The translations under genes and the position numbers were made by a program. The notes below the pieces were generated by a model. It ran no database searches, was not told the origin of the DNA, and was given only the letters and a program-made list of their open reading frames with translations. A stretch of DNA of 37,709 bases from an uncultured bacterium (GTDB lineage: Bacteria > Zixibacteria > MSB-5A5 > GN15 > FEB-12): positions 1 through 37,709 of the forward strand of contig CBDVDR010000025.1 in NCBI GenBank assembly GCA_965372795.1. The letters run 5' to 3'. Below, one piece after another: positions 28,872-37,709 of the stretch; the stretch's first letter is position 1, and each line of letters begins with the position of its first letter.

Positions 28872-30233
28872 TTAACCTAATGTGATGTGATAACTTTTAA
28901 TCAATTTCCTAAGATTTGCAGGATCAATGCTTAAAAGTCGGGCAGCTGCGTTGATATTTTTGTTTGTTTCATGCAGGGCTGTAATAATACAATTTTTCCT
29001 GAATTCAATAGTTTTTTCAGCTAAACTATTAAGATTCTTCGGTAGACAATTTTTATGTCCAAAATATGTCTCAACATCTTGAGCAAGAATAATATCAGAA
29101 TCAACCTCAATGACTAATGATTCAATTGTTTGGATAAGCTGCCTGACATTTCCCGGCCAATCCTGTTGAAGCAAAATTTCAATTGCTGACGGATCAAAAT
29201 ACTTAGGCATTAAATCCTCTTCGCCCATTAGTTTATTTACACACATTGAGATAATATCAGGAATATCTTCTTTTCTTTCACGAAGAGGGGGCAATTTAAT
29301 TACAACTCCATTTAAACGATAATATAGATCCTCGCGAAATTTTCCGGATTCTACAAGTTTTTCAAGATCATGATGGGTAGCACAAATAACTCTTACATCA
29401 GTTTTCTTTAAAACCGGTTTTTCTCCAATCGTTTGAAACTCTCCCGAATCTATGACCCGTAATACTTTAATCTGAGTATTGTCATCCAGATCCCCGATTT
29501 CATCAAGCAAAACAGTACCACCATCGGCATACTCAAACAGTCCAATTCTATCCTCTATTGCTCCGGTAAATGAACCTTTACCATGTCCAAAAAGTTCTGA
29601 TTCTACAAGATCCGGGGCTTTGCGATTACAGTTGAATATTACAAGATTCTCATCTCTGCGACGACTAAAATTATGGATGGCTTTTGAAACAAGTTCTTTA
29701 CCAGTCCCTGTTTCTCCAAGAATCATCACTTTTGAATCAGTAACAGCAACTTTTAAAATCTTGCGATAGATTTCTTTCATCTTAGCTGATTTACCTACCA
29801 TGCCAAATGAAATTTCTGAATTAAATAGTTTAGTAGGAATCCCTTTGCGGTGACGGTACGCTTCGATGCCATTGCGAACGGCTCTTTTAAGTTTACTTAT
29901 CGAGCTTCCTTTTTGAATATATTCATATGGAGATTCTTTTTGATCAATATCCTCTTCGGTATATTCTCCCGGGAATCCGGTATGGAAAATTACAGGCGTA
30001 TCAGGGGAAATTTCTCTAATTTTACGGGCAGCTTCAATTCCATCCATCCCCGGCATTTTAATATCCATAACAACAACAGCGATATTAAAATCTTTTGAGG
30101 CAATATCAATAGCATCCTGGCCGGATTTAGCAGTTAAAATGGAATAGGAGTCTTCGAAAAGCAATTCCAGTGCTTCAAGAACATGTCGGTCATCGTCAAC
30201 TAACAGTATTTTAAATTCAGTTTCTTGAATCAC
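28872..30233 (-). CDS. Sigma54-dependent response regulator (NtrC family)
   Basis: Receiver (VDDD, MDIKMPGMDG), GETGTGKE, GSFTGA, LDEIGD, FREDLYYRL, WPGNVRQL, Fis-type HTH. Confidence 0.95.
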   Translation of the reverse strand: MIQETEFKILLVDDDRHVLEALELLFEDSYSILTAKSGQDAIDIASKDFNIAVVVMDIKMPGMDGIEAARKIREISPDTPVIFHTGFPGEYTEEDIDQKESPYEYIQKGSSISKLKRAVRNGIEAYRHRKGIPTKLFNSEISFGMVGKSAKMKEIYRKILKVAVTDSKVMILGETGTGKELVSKAIHNFSRRRDENLVIFNCNRKAPDLVESELFGHGKGSFTGAIEDRIGLFEYADGGTVLLDEIGDLDDNTQIKVLRVIDSGEFQTIGEKPVLKKTDVRVICATHHDLEKLVESGKFREDLYYRLNGVVIKLPPLRERKEDIPDIISMCVNKLMGEEDLMPKYFDPSAIEILLQQDWPGNVRQLIQTIESLVIEVDSDIILAQDVETYFGHKNCLPKNLNSLAEKTIEFRKNCIITALHETNKNINAAARLLSIDPANLRKLIKSYHITLG

Positions 30234-30241
30234 TACTTAAC

Positions 30242-32503
30242 TCACTTATCGACTTTGTACTTATTAAATCGCAGTTTGAAAGTTGTGCCCTGACTTACAA
30301 AACTGTTTACTTCTATTGAACCAGTATACAATTCAATTATTTTCTTTACCATAGCCAAACCTAAGCCTGTTCCCGATGTTGGTTTTGTTGAATAGAAAAA
30401 ATCGAAAATTCTTTTTATATTTTCTTTTGGAATTCCACAACCGTTATCGGATATAGTTAAAATAACTTTATTTTTCTGAGATTCAAGGTTTATTTCTATT
30501 TTAGGACGATCAGTATCATTTAAGGCGTCAATTGCATTCAGGATTAGATTATTTAATATTATATAATATTGTTCTCTATTACCAGCTACATTCTGATTAC
30601 CGAATTCTACTAATGACAATTCTATTGCATTTTCTTCAAGGCTAAAACGAACCGAATCAATAACCTCATTTAGAATCTCTATTAAATCTACCGACTCGAC
30701 CTTTTTAGAAGATTCAATTGAAGAGTAATTACTAATTTGCTGGGTCAGTTCAACAGCCCTTCTAACAGCTTCATCAGAAAATTGACAGACTCTTTTTATC
30801 CAATTCAGATCTTTAAGTTTAACATCATCGGCAGTTATTATTTTATTTAAGCCGCTTCGTGCCGGGAAAAGATCATTTCTAATTTCATGAGCAAACCCGC
30901 CGGCAATATCTTTTGCCTGGCGAAATTTTTCGTGAGCAACAATAGTTACCTGAGCTTTTCGAAGGGCTTCATGAATCGTTTCAAGTTCTCTTTTTTGCTT
31001 AGAAATCAATAGATAATTTGTTTTTGATTTATAGCGATAGTAGTTGATAAGTAATAACCCAACCAAAAGCCCGGAGAGAAGCATTAATACATATTTTTGA
31101 TTTTGATGGTAAAATACTGAAATCAGTTCTGTCTTAGTTTTCTTCACAACATAGCCAATATAATAATGCAGGCCATAAGTAATAACATAAGCAGATAAAT
31201 TCCCCAGCGAATCATACTCGATTGGTTCAAATGTTCCACAAGAAAAAGGGAAATGGAGCAGTTTATTTAATTCTCTATCATAAATCCCATCACCGAAAAC
31301 AAATACAGAATCATCAAATCCGAAAATTTTGTAACTCCCATAATAATTAAATGGAGTTTCTAATGTTGGGATCTTCCCAAACATTGAAAGATCGGCATTA
31401 AATATATGAATCTCTTTATTTCTGAATCGAACAAATAATTTTGTATCTGGAAAATCCTTATACTTTGATAACCACAAATAATTTGGAGTTGCCATTATAT
31501 TAATTTGATTAATTACTTTTCCATAACTATCAAGTTTTGTCAAATAATATTCATTATGTTTTTTATTATCGGTTGAATCCGTTGAACCTATTTTGAGATA
31601 ATGAGTCAAATAGTATTCAGATGAATTTTCGGTATTAATTAATCGCGGGCTCTCCCGCCCATAAAGACTTAGAGTATCATTTAATAGGATGTCCCCGAAT
31701 TTATCAAGTATCGTTATGTAAGAAAAACGATCATTATAGTTTGAATCTTTTGCACCGTTTGCAGGATTCCCGGTTGTAAAAATAATCCGAGTTTCTTTTA
31801 TTTCATCATTCCAATCAATCAAGGGATCACCCGAAACCCCACTTGAAATTTCTCTTTCCCATTTGATTTCCAAAGTAATAAAATCAAAACAAAACAGTCT
31901 TCTGATAAATGTCCGTTGGGCAACATAAGCTAATATTTCAATGCTGCCATCCCTATCAAAATCACCGATATATACGATTCTTGAATTTGTAACTAATTCT
32001 TTATTCTTGGCATGTTCTCTGACATAAATATTCTTGTATTCAATTGAATCCGTATCAAGGTAAAGTTTAAAGGCGAAAAGCGAATCTTTATTATTACAAA
32101 GTCCAACTATAAATATAGCACTATCTGATTTATTGATATACTTATCCCACGCAGCAATATTATAGCGTATGGGATCATCATCGGTAACGACGAATTCCGG
32201 AAATGATTTTGGAGATATCATCGGGTTATTGTTACTATTCGGTATCGGGTTATTGGCAATCGTCAACAATCCTTCACTAATCCCCTTAATTGATGGTTTG
32301 ATTACTCGAAGAATCCGGTCTACTTGAAGATAATGATTCCCGGGAGAAAACCCCTCTCTTGCAATCACTGATTTATAAGGTAAATAGGATGTATCTGAAT
32401 CTGAATCAAATTCAATCTGTTCTATGGCATAGCTATTATTAAAAAAAACAAAAATTAGAATTAATAGAATAAAGCTTTTTAATAGTTTTGTTAGGTTGTC
32501 CAA
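30242..32503 (-). CDS. Sensor histidine kinase with large extracytoplasmic domain
   Basis: Signal peptide, ~450-aa beta-rich domain with FG-GAP-like GDFDRDGSIEIL, one TM helix, FAHEIRN, NLILNAIDA, DNGCGI, FYSTK, GTGLGL. Confidence 0.93.
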   Translation of the reverse strand: MDNLTKLLKSFILLILIFVFFNNSYAIEQIEFDSDSDTSYLPYKSVIAREGFSPGNHYLQVDRILRVIKPSIKGISEGLLTIANNPIPNSNNNPMISPKSFPEFVVTDDDPIRYNIAAWDKYINKSDSAIFIVGLCNNKDSLFAFKLYLDTDSIEYKNIYVREHAKNKELVTNSRIVYIGDFDRDGSIEILAYVAQRTFIRRLFCFDFITLEIKWEREISSGVSGDPLIDWNDEIKETRIIFTTGNPANGAKDSNYNDRFSYITILDKFGDILLNDTLSLYGRESPRLINTENSSEYYLTHYLKIGSTDSTDNKKHNEYYLTKLDSYGKVINQINIMATPNYLWLSKYKDFPDTKLFVRFRNKEIHIFNADLSMFGKIPTLETPFNYYGSYKIFGFDDSVFVFGDGIYDRELNKLLHFPFSCGTFEPIEYDSLGNLSAYVITYGLHYYIGYVVKKTKTELISVFYHQNQKYVLMLLSGLLVGLLLINYYRYKSKTNYLLISKQKRELETIHEALRKAQVTIVAHEKFRQAKDIAGGFAHEIRNDLFPARSGLNKIITADDVKLKDLNWIKRVCQFSDEAVRRAVELTQQISNYSSIESSKKVESVDLIEILNEVIDSVRFSLEENAIELSLVEFGNQNVAGNREQYYIILNNLILNAIDALNDTDRPKIEINLESQKNKVILTISDNGCGIPKENIKRIFDFFYSTKPTSGTGLGLAMVKKIIELYTGSIEVNSFVSQGTTFKLRFNKYKVDK

Positions 32504-32662
32504 TAGTTTTTTAACTTCTGATAGTTATATTAGTTGTATCCTAATAAAGCGAGTAAATCCAAATTTGTCAAATAGGTGTATTTTCAAGATAAATAATTAC
32601 AGAGCTTATTTATAATTTAAATATTATTTCCCCTTTTGAATCATAAGTAGTATTATTTTAGT

Positions 32663-34387
32663 ATGAAATTTTTGCCAACCACCAAGGCTGAGTTGCAAAA
32701 ACTCAACTGGGACAAGCTTGATATTATTCTCGTTTCCGGCGACAGTTATCTTGACTCCCCTTTTATTGGAATCTCAGTAATAGGACGATATCTGGTTAAG
32801 AATGGCTATCGGGTGGGTATTATTGCCCAGCCCGATATTACCTCTGAACAGGATATCATGCGACTTGGAGAGCCAAAGTTATTTTGGGGAATCAGCGGGG
32901 GTTCGGTTGATTCAATGGTGGCAAATTATACCGCCTCCCGGAAAAAAAGGAAATCTGATGATTTCACACCCGGTGGAATAAATAATCGCCGTCCTGATCG
33001 AGCGGTAATTGTTTATAGCAATTTAATCCGCAAATATTTTAAAAATACAAAACCGATTATTTTGGGTGGAATTGAGGCAAGCCTCAGACGAATTGCCCAC
33101 TACGATTATTGGACAAATAAAATCCGAAAATCAATTCTATTTGATGCTAAGGCGGATGCTTTGGTTTATGGGATGGGTGAAAAAACAATCCTTAAATTGG
33201 CTGAATCTTTCAAACAGAAAAAAGATTGGCATAATTTAAAAGGACTTTGCTATATTTCAAATGAACAACCGGACAACTATCTCGAACTGCCGTCATTCGA
33301 TGAAGTTAAAAATTCAAAATCAAAATTCACCGGCATGTTTCATACTTTCTATAAAAACAATGACCCCATTACCGCCAAAGGATTATGCCAAAAAAACGAT
33401 ACTCGATTCCTGATTCAGAATCCGCCGGATTCATATTTGTCTCAAGCAGAAATGGATGAAATTTATGAAATGAATTTTGCCCTTGAGTTACATCCCTACT
33501 ACAAAAAGATGGGCAAAGTCAAAGCTCTGGACACTATCAAATTTTCATTAGCAACTCACAGGGGATGTTACGGTGAATGTAATTTTTGTGCGATAGCAGT
33601 CCATCAGGGGCAAACTATCAGATGGCGCTCTGAAAAATCAGTTGTAAACGAAGCCACAAAATTCGGGAGACATTCAGATTTTGCCGGAATCATTAGTGAT
33701 GCCGGCGGACCAACAGCCAATATGTATGGTTTCGAGTGTGACAAAAAATTGAAAAAGGGTTGTTGCGATAACAAACGGTGTTTGTACCCTGAAATTTGCT
33801 CGCTAATGAAACCAGACCATAGCCAGCAACTGAGCCTCTTAAAAAAAATTCAAAATATAGACAGTGTAAAAAAAGTATTTATAGCCTCGGGGATACGATA
33901 CGATCTAATTATTAAAGACAAACAATTTGGACAAAAATATCTGAATAAATTATTGGACAGTCACACTTCCGGTCAGTTAAAAGTTGCGCCGGAACATACC
34001 GATGATAAGATTTTGGATTTAATGGGAAAGCCTGACAAGGAAAGTCTTTTACAGTTCAATAAGATGTTTGCCAAAGCTTCTGATAAAACAGACAAAAAAC
34101 AATTTTTGACCTATTACCTGATAGCAGCCCACCCGGGTTGTACTGATACTGAGATGAAAAATCTAAAAGCGTTCACCTCAAAAAATCTTAAAATAAACCC
34201 GGAGCAGGTTCAAATTTTTACACCGCTGCCCTCGACTTATTCTGCTTTGATGTATTATACCGAGCAAAATCCATTCACGGGTCAAAAAATATTTGTTGAG
34301 AAAGATGTAAATAAAAAAGTTAATCAGAAAAATACTCTTACTCAAAAGCATATCTCATATAAAAGATCAGCCAAATTTAAAAAATAA
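32663..34387 (+). CDS. YgiQ/UPF0313 family radical SAM protein
   Basis: GGIEASLRR.AHYDYW, HRGCYGECNFC, GGPTANMYG, SGIRYDL, LKVAPEH, EQVQIFTP. Confidence 0.92.
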   Translation: MKFLPTTKAELQKLNWDKLDIILVSGDSYLDSPFIGISVIGRYLVKNGYRVGIIAQPDITSEQDIMRLGEPKLFWGISGGSVDSMVANYTASRKKRKSDDFTPGGINNRRPDRAVIVYSNLIRKYFKNTKPIILGGIEASLRRIAHYDYWTNKIRKSILFDAKADALVYGMGEKTILKLAESFKQKKDWHNLKGLCYISNEQPDNYLELPSFDEVKNSKSKFTGMFHTFYKNNDPITAKGLCQKNDTRFLIQNPPDSYLSQAEMDEIYEMNFALELHPYYKKMGKVKALDTIKFSLATHRGCYGECNFCAIAVHQGQTIRWRSEKSVVNEATKFGRHSDFAGIISDAGGPTANMYGFECDKKLKKGCCDNKRCLYPEICSLMKPDHSQQLSLLKKIQNIDSVKKVFIASGIRYDLIIKDKQFGQKYLNKLLDSHTSGQLKVAPEHTDDKILDLMGKPDKESLLQFNKMFAKASDKTDKKQFLTYYLIAAHPGCTDTEMKNLKAFTSKNLKINPEQVQIFTPLPSTYSALMYYTEQNPFTGQKIFVEKDVNKKVNQKNTLTQKHISYKRSAKFKK

Positions 34388-34421
34388 CCGGTTAAATTAT
34401 ACGTATTATTAGGATATAAAA

Positions 34422-34456
34422 TAATAGCGGTGCAGGGACTTGAACCCCGGACACGC
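34422..34456 (-). repeat. 35-bp duplicate of the tRNA-Met 3' end (distal att site)
   Basis: TAATAGCGGTGCAGGGACTTGAACCCCGGACACGC is identical to 37649-37683. Confidence 0.95.
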
Positions 34457-34606
34457 TTAGCGTGTTTAGCTAACTTGTTGATAGTCAGCTCTTTACGTTC
34501 GAGCCAAGGCTTTACAGCTATTTCTCTTACAATGAATTTAGTCTGTTTTGATTTGTTTTACTCGCCAATTTCTTTACAAGAACTCTCCATTGAACATATC
34601 TTACAA

Positions 34607-34936
34607 TTAATTGATTACTGGTTGTCATTCACAACAGATTTCATGAATTCCATTGTCATCCCTGAGAAAAAAACTCGGATATGAAACAACTCCACAATTT
34701 CGATGGACAGAGTGGCATGGTTCACAAACTATCCATTCGATTGAAGCAGCATTGATTGTACCATCCCAGTCTGTCACTGACGAACGATGATCATCAATGA
34801 TCTGATTTGCGCAAGACTGGAACGGACTGGTTGAGGCATTCATGGTGTTGTCTGCGGGAGCTAATTCGTAAGGATGGAAAGATTCAGAACGACCAAAGGT
34901 AGGAGCAGAAGCATCATTATGACATTATACAAAACA
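34607..34936 (-). pseudogene. Decayed multiheme cytochrome c (paired-CxxCH type) C-terminal fragment
   Basis: One frame reads CFV*CHND...SFHPY...IVCEPCHSVH...FFLRDDNGIHEICCE*QPVIN*: one intact and two broken heme motifs in the expected arrangement. Confidence 0.65.
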
Positions 34937-35116
34937 ACGATTTTGATAGCCTGAAGATGTATATCACTTAAAATAGCTCAAATAAGACCATTCTCTCCTT
35001 GCAAAAAGCAGGGACTTTTGTATATTATGACCAGTAGGTTTGACCGTATCCCGCTGCTAATGTATGGTCATGGGGATACCATTTACATAAATTCATGCTT
35101 AAATACCGGAGGATTC

Positions 35117-37471
35117 ATGCCAGCAATGTGGTCATGGTTTACCTTTGTACGGGCTTTATTTGTCGTACGAATGCGTACAGTGGTTATAGTAGTATCGACG
35201 TTGATAGTTGCGCAGTTTGTTGTATTTGAAGTTGCATCAGCCCAGGGCGATTGTTGCATTGTGCGCGGCAATATTGATTGCGATCCAGACGAACAGATTG
35301 ACATAAACGATCTCACTCGACTGGTTGATTACATGTTCGTTTCCAACGACCCTCTGTGCTGCCCGGAGGCTGCCAACTGCGATGGTGACCCTGAGGGTAT
35401 CATTGGTATTTTGGATCTTACACGTCTGGTTGACTATATGTTTGTCACTTACGAACCGGTTGAAAGCTGCGGTCAGGCTGAGCTAACGTTTGATCAAAGG
35501 GAAGTTTTGTTCAATGCACTGGATAGTGTCTCTTCATTTCTGGCTGGCGATCCCTCAGACTCTGCTGCGATCCACCTTGTCGCCTTTCTAAACAATCAAC
35601 CTGAAATAGACTCAGCTGGGATTGTTGACAGCAGTTCCGTTTGGGCGTGGTTTACAGATGATCGGTTACTATTAATTCCCAACAACCGACCCTCAACTGG
35701 CACCGGTCTGTCTACTGTCGACTGGCCGGAGTCTTCGCTCGACCCGGTGATTCCAGCCGACTTCGTGCTGCCTGAACGACGTTTCACCGACCAGGAGGTT
35801 ACGACCAAATTATATGATGTACCAGCTGATAAGGCTGTAGACAACCCTGAACTACCTCATTCAATCCAGGCACGCGTCATTAGTACCTTGGGGACCGGGT
35901 GTTTCACCATAGGAGCTCCGGTTGTAAAGCAGCTACTTGAAGACAATGGTTACGTAACCGTTCCATCCACCGGTAGCGTGCCTGCCCTTCTTAACGTGAA
36001 AGGCGATGGTGTGTTCTATATGGATGCTCATGGTGGCATGGGAGTGAATAGAGCTGGCAATAAGTTTCTTTCAATCTGGACAGCGACACCTCATTCTCAA
36101 ACAAATGATTCGATTTTTGCTTCCTTACTTACAAATAACGAATTGGTCTACATGTACTGTGATGACCGCGACCCATCCACGGGCACATGTGCCCCTCATT
36201 ATAGGTATGCGTTCACTGCTAAATTTGTAGCACAATACATGAGTTTCGTCCCGAATAGTTTAATTATTCTCAATGCGTGTCAAACCGACAGCCTGCCTGC
36301 ACTTCGACAGGGTTTCGCAACCGCCGGCGCATCGGTATTTGCCGGTTGGAGTAAAACAGTAACAGATGTGCCGGCCAACAAGGCGTGTGAGTTCCTGATC
36401 GATCGGATGCTTGGCGCCAACTCCTCGACGTTGACTCCCAAGGAGGAACCAGCCCAACGTTCGTTCGGCGTGGACAAAATTTGGCTCGACATGAAGAATC
36501 GGGGATTTGATACCGATCCGGATAACCAGGCAAAATTTCGGGTAAGCCATCTAAATGCAAATTTTGGTCTTCTTGCTCCGAGTATTAGATACATGTTTGT
36601 CATTGAAAACACCGACAGCTTTTTCGTAACTGGCGTATTCGGCAGCGATCCAGGATCGGATGGGAGGGTTTTGGTCGACGGCATAGAACTCCCGATTCTC
36701 GACTGGCAGCCTGAATTAATTACAGCGTTTATTCCAAATACCGGAGCCGGTTCAGCCGGCCCAGTGATAGTCGAAGTAGACGGTATTGTCGGTCCAACGT
36801 ACAGCGTCAAGCGCAAGAGTAACGTCGTCAATCTTACCGAGTGGCGGAATCAGATTACTTATACCACCGAGGATGCCGGTACTCTTTCCGGCTCAATCGT
36901 TATTAATTCGCATTTGCGTCAGGATATCCACACCTTTCGCGAAGAACCTCACGAAGCGCCCATCCACTACTCCACAACATTCTTCGCTGCTGATGATTCT
37001 TACGGGACGGTCTCGACAAGTGGTGAGTTTTCTTACACATATCAGGATCACGATCCAGTGGACACCGATACATGGACGTGGGCAGGTAATGATTTTGTGA
37101 AACAATTCGGGGATTCATATCCCAACCAATACTTGCTTACCGGTAAAATGCTTTTCCCAACGAACCAATTGGAGCTCAGTTTCATGGCGTTTGTTTATAG
37201 CGGTGTTTTCGAAACGCTGATCAACTCCGAGGATGGTTTCCGATATACCGCGCCAATCCCAATGAGTACGATTGTAGAATTGTACAATGTTTTTCCGATA
37301 ATTCACATGGATATGAGTAATTCGTGGGACATTCAGGCAGGTCAGCGCATTGCCGTCACTTGCTGTTCTCACGATCCTGACAATAATATAGGGATAAAGG
37401 ATATCACCCACACCCTAACATGGCCGACCTCTACAGCCAATTTTCCGCCTGATACGACTGCGGCTCAATAA
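35117..37471 (+). CDS. Secreted protein: N-terminal dockerin-like module, clan CD-like (caspase/gingipain/CHAT) domain, IPT/TIG-like domain
   Basis: GGAGG before ATG 35117; signal ending ASA-Q; CCIVRGNIDCDP...DLTRLVDYMF twice; FYMDAHGG and IILNACQT; IPT-like VTGVFGS...ILDWQPELITAFIP...GPVIVEV. Confidence 0.75.
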   Translation: MPAMWSWFTFVRALFVVRMRTVVIVVSTLIVAQFVVFEVASAQGDCCIVRGNIDCDPDEQIDINDLTRLVDYMFVSNDPLCCPEAANCDGDPEGIIGILDLTRLVDYMFVTYEPVESCGQAELTFDQREVLFNALDSVSSFLAGDPSDSAAIHLVAFLNNQPEIDSAGIVDSSSVWAWFTDDRLLLIPNNRPSTGTGLSTVDWPESSLDPVIPADFVLPERRFTDQEVTTKLYDVPADKAVDNPELPHSIQARVISTLGTGCFTIGAPVVKQLLEDNGYVTVPSTGSVPALLNVKGDGVFYMDAHGGMGVNRAGNKFLSIWTATPHSQTNDSIFASLLTNNELVYMYCDDRDPSTGTCAPHYRYAFTAKFVAQYMSFVPNSLIILNACQTDSLPALRQGFATAGASVFAGWSKTVTDVPANKACEFLIDRMLGANSSTLTPKEEPAQRSFGVDKIWLDMKNRGFDTDPDNQAKFRVSHLNANFGLLAPSIRYMFVIENTDSFFVTGVFGSDPGSDGRVLVDGIELPILDWQPELITAFIPNTGAGSAGPVIVEVDGIVGPTYSVKRKSNVVNLTEWRNQITYTTEDAGTLSGSIVINSHLRQDIHTFREEPHEAPIHYSTTFFAADDSYGTVSTSGEFSYTYQDHDPVDTDTWTWAGNDFVKQFGDSYPNQYLLTGKMLFPTNQLELSFMAFVYSGVFETLINSEDGFRYTAPIPMSTIVELYNVFPIIHMDMSNSWDIQAGQRIAVTCCSHDPDNNIGIKDITHTLTWPTSTANFPPDTTAAQ

Positions 37472-37651
37472 GCATGCGGTGGGGTTGTTAGTGAAGAAAT
37501 AAATTATTTAATAATATTAAAATTTTAGTATTCTGCATTTCGCAAACTGAAATATAGAAAATATCAAATATTTTGTTAATTATTGTGAGATCATTTTAAA
37601 TCTATTAATCAATCAAAAGACAATTGACAGTAACATTATACCAGTAATTAA

Positions 37652-37709
37652 TAGCGGTGCAGGGACTTGAACCCCGGACACGCGGATTATGATTCCGCTG
37701 CTCTAACCA
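37652..37709 (-). tRNA. tRNA-Met (CAT), probably elongator; 5' end lies beyond the window
   Basis: Minus strand TGGTTAGAGCA-GCGGA-ATCATAA-TCCGC-GTGTC-CGGGG-TTCAAGT-CCCTG-CACCGCT-A; CCA is not encoded. Confidence 0.93.

Larger units (their letters stand above)
34422..37683. mobile_element. Small tRNA-Met-integrated genomic island (no integrase)
   Basis: Bounded by 35-bp direct repeats from the tRNA 3' half; the main cargo gene is visibly more GC-rich than host genes. Confidence 0.85.

Noticed and set aside
34422..34456. Second tRNA gene
   Set aside because: Only the T-arm and acceptor 3' strand are present, with no anticodon or D arm. It is an att duplicate.
34430..34684. 84-aa plus-strand ORF as an integrase or excisionase remnant
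   Set aside because: It starts inside the tRNA repeat, has no RBS and shows no recombinase motifs.

Overview
AT-rich bacterial chromosomal segment, probably from an anaerobe of candidate division Zixibacteria. That assignment is an inference from three secreted proteins carrying a distinctive Cys-flanked dockerin-like module. Left to right: a three-gene porin-multiheme cytochrome operon (MtrA/DmsE-like decaheme, beta-barrel, hexaheme lipoprotein); a TPR lipoprotein and a small secreted protein; a solo PD-(D/E)XK Cas4/AddB-like nuclease; two glycosyltransferases; an M14 carboxypeptidase with a dockerin-like tail; a CDF transporter and DUF1893; an AGCS symporter; hbd; a heterodimeric ABC exporter preceded by an unannotated leader-peptide attenuator; the mercury-methylation pair hgcA-hgcB; a dockerin-tailed secreted protein; tldD/pmbA; a stand-alone homocysteine methyltransferase domain; a divergent NMO/FabK-like protein; an ORF-poor, hairpin-rich region driven by a sigma54 promoter next to a sigma54 two-component system; and a YgiQ radical SAM gene. 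The window ends with a ~3.2 kb integrase-less island inserted in tRNA-Met (35-bp direct repeats), carrying a decayed multiheme cytochrome and a dockerin-tagged clan CD-like protease.
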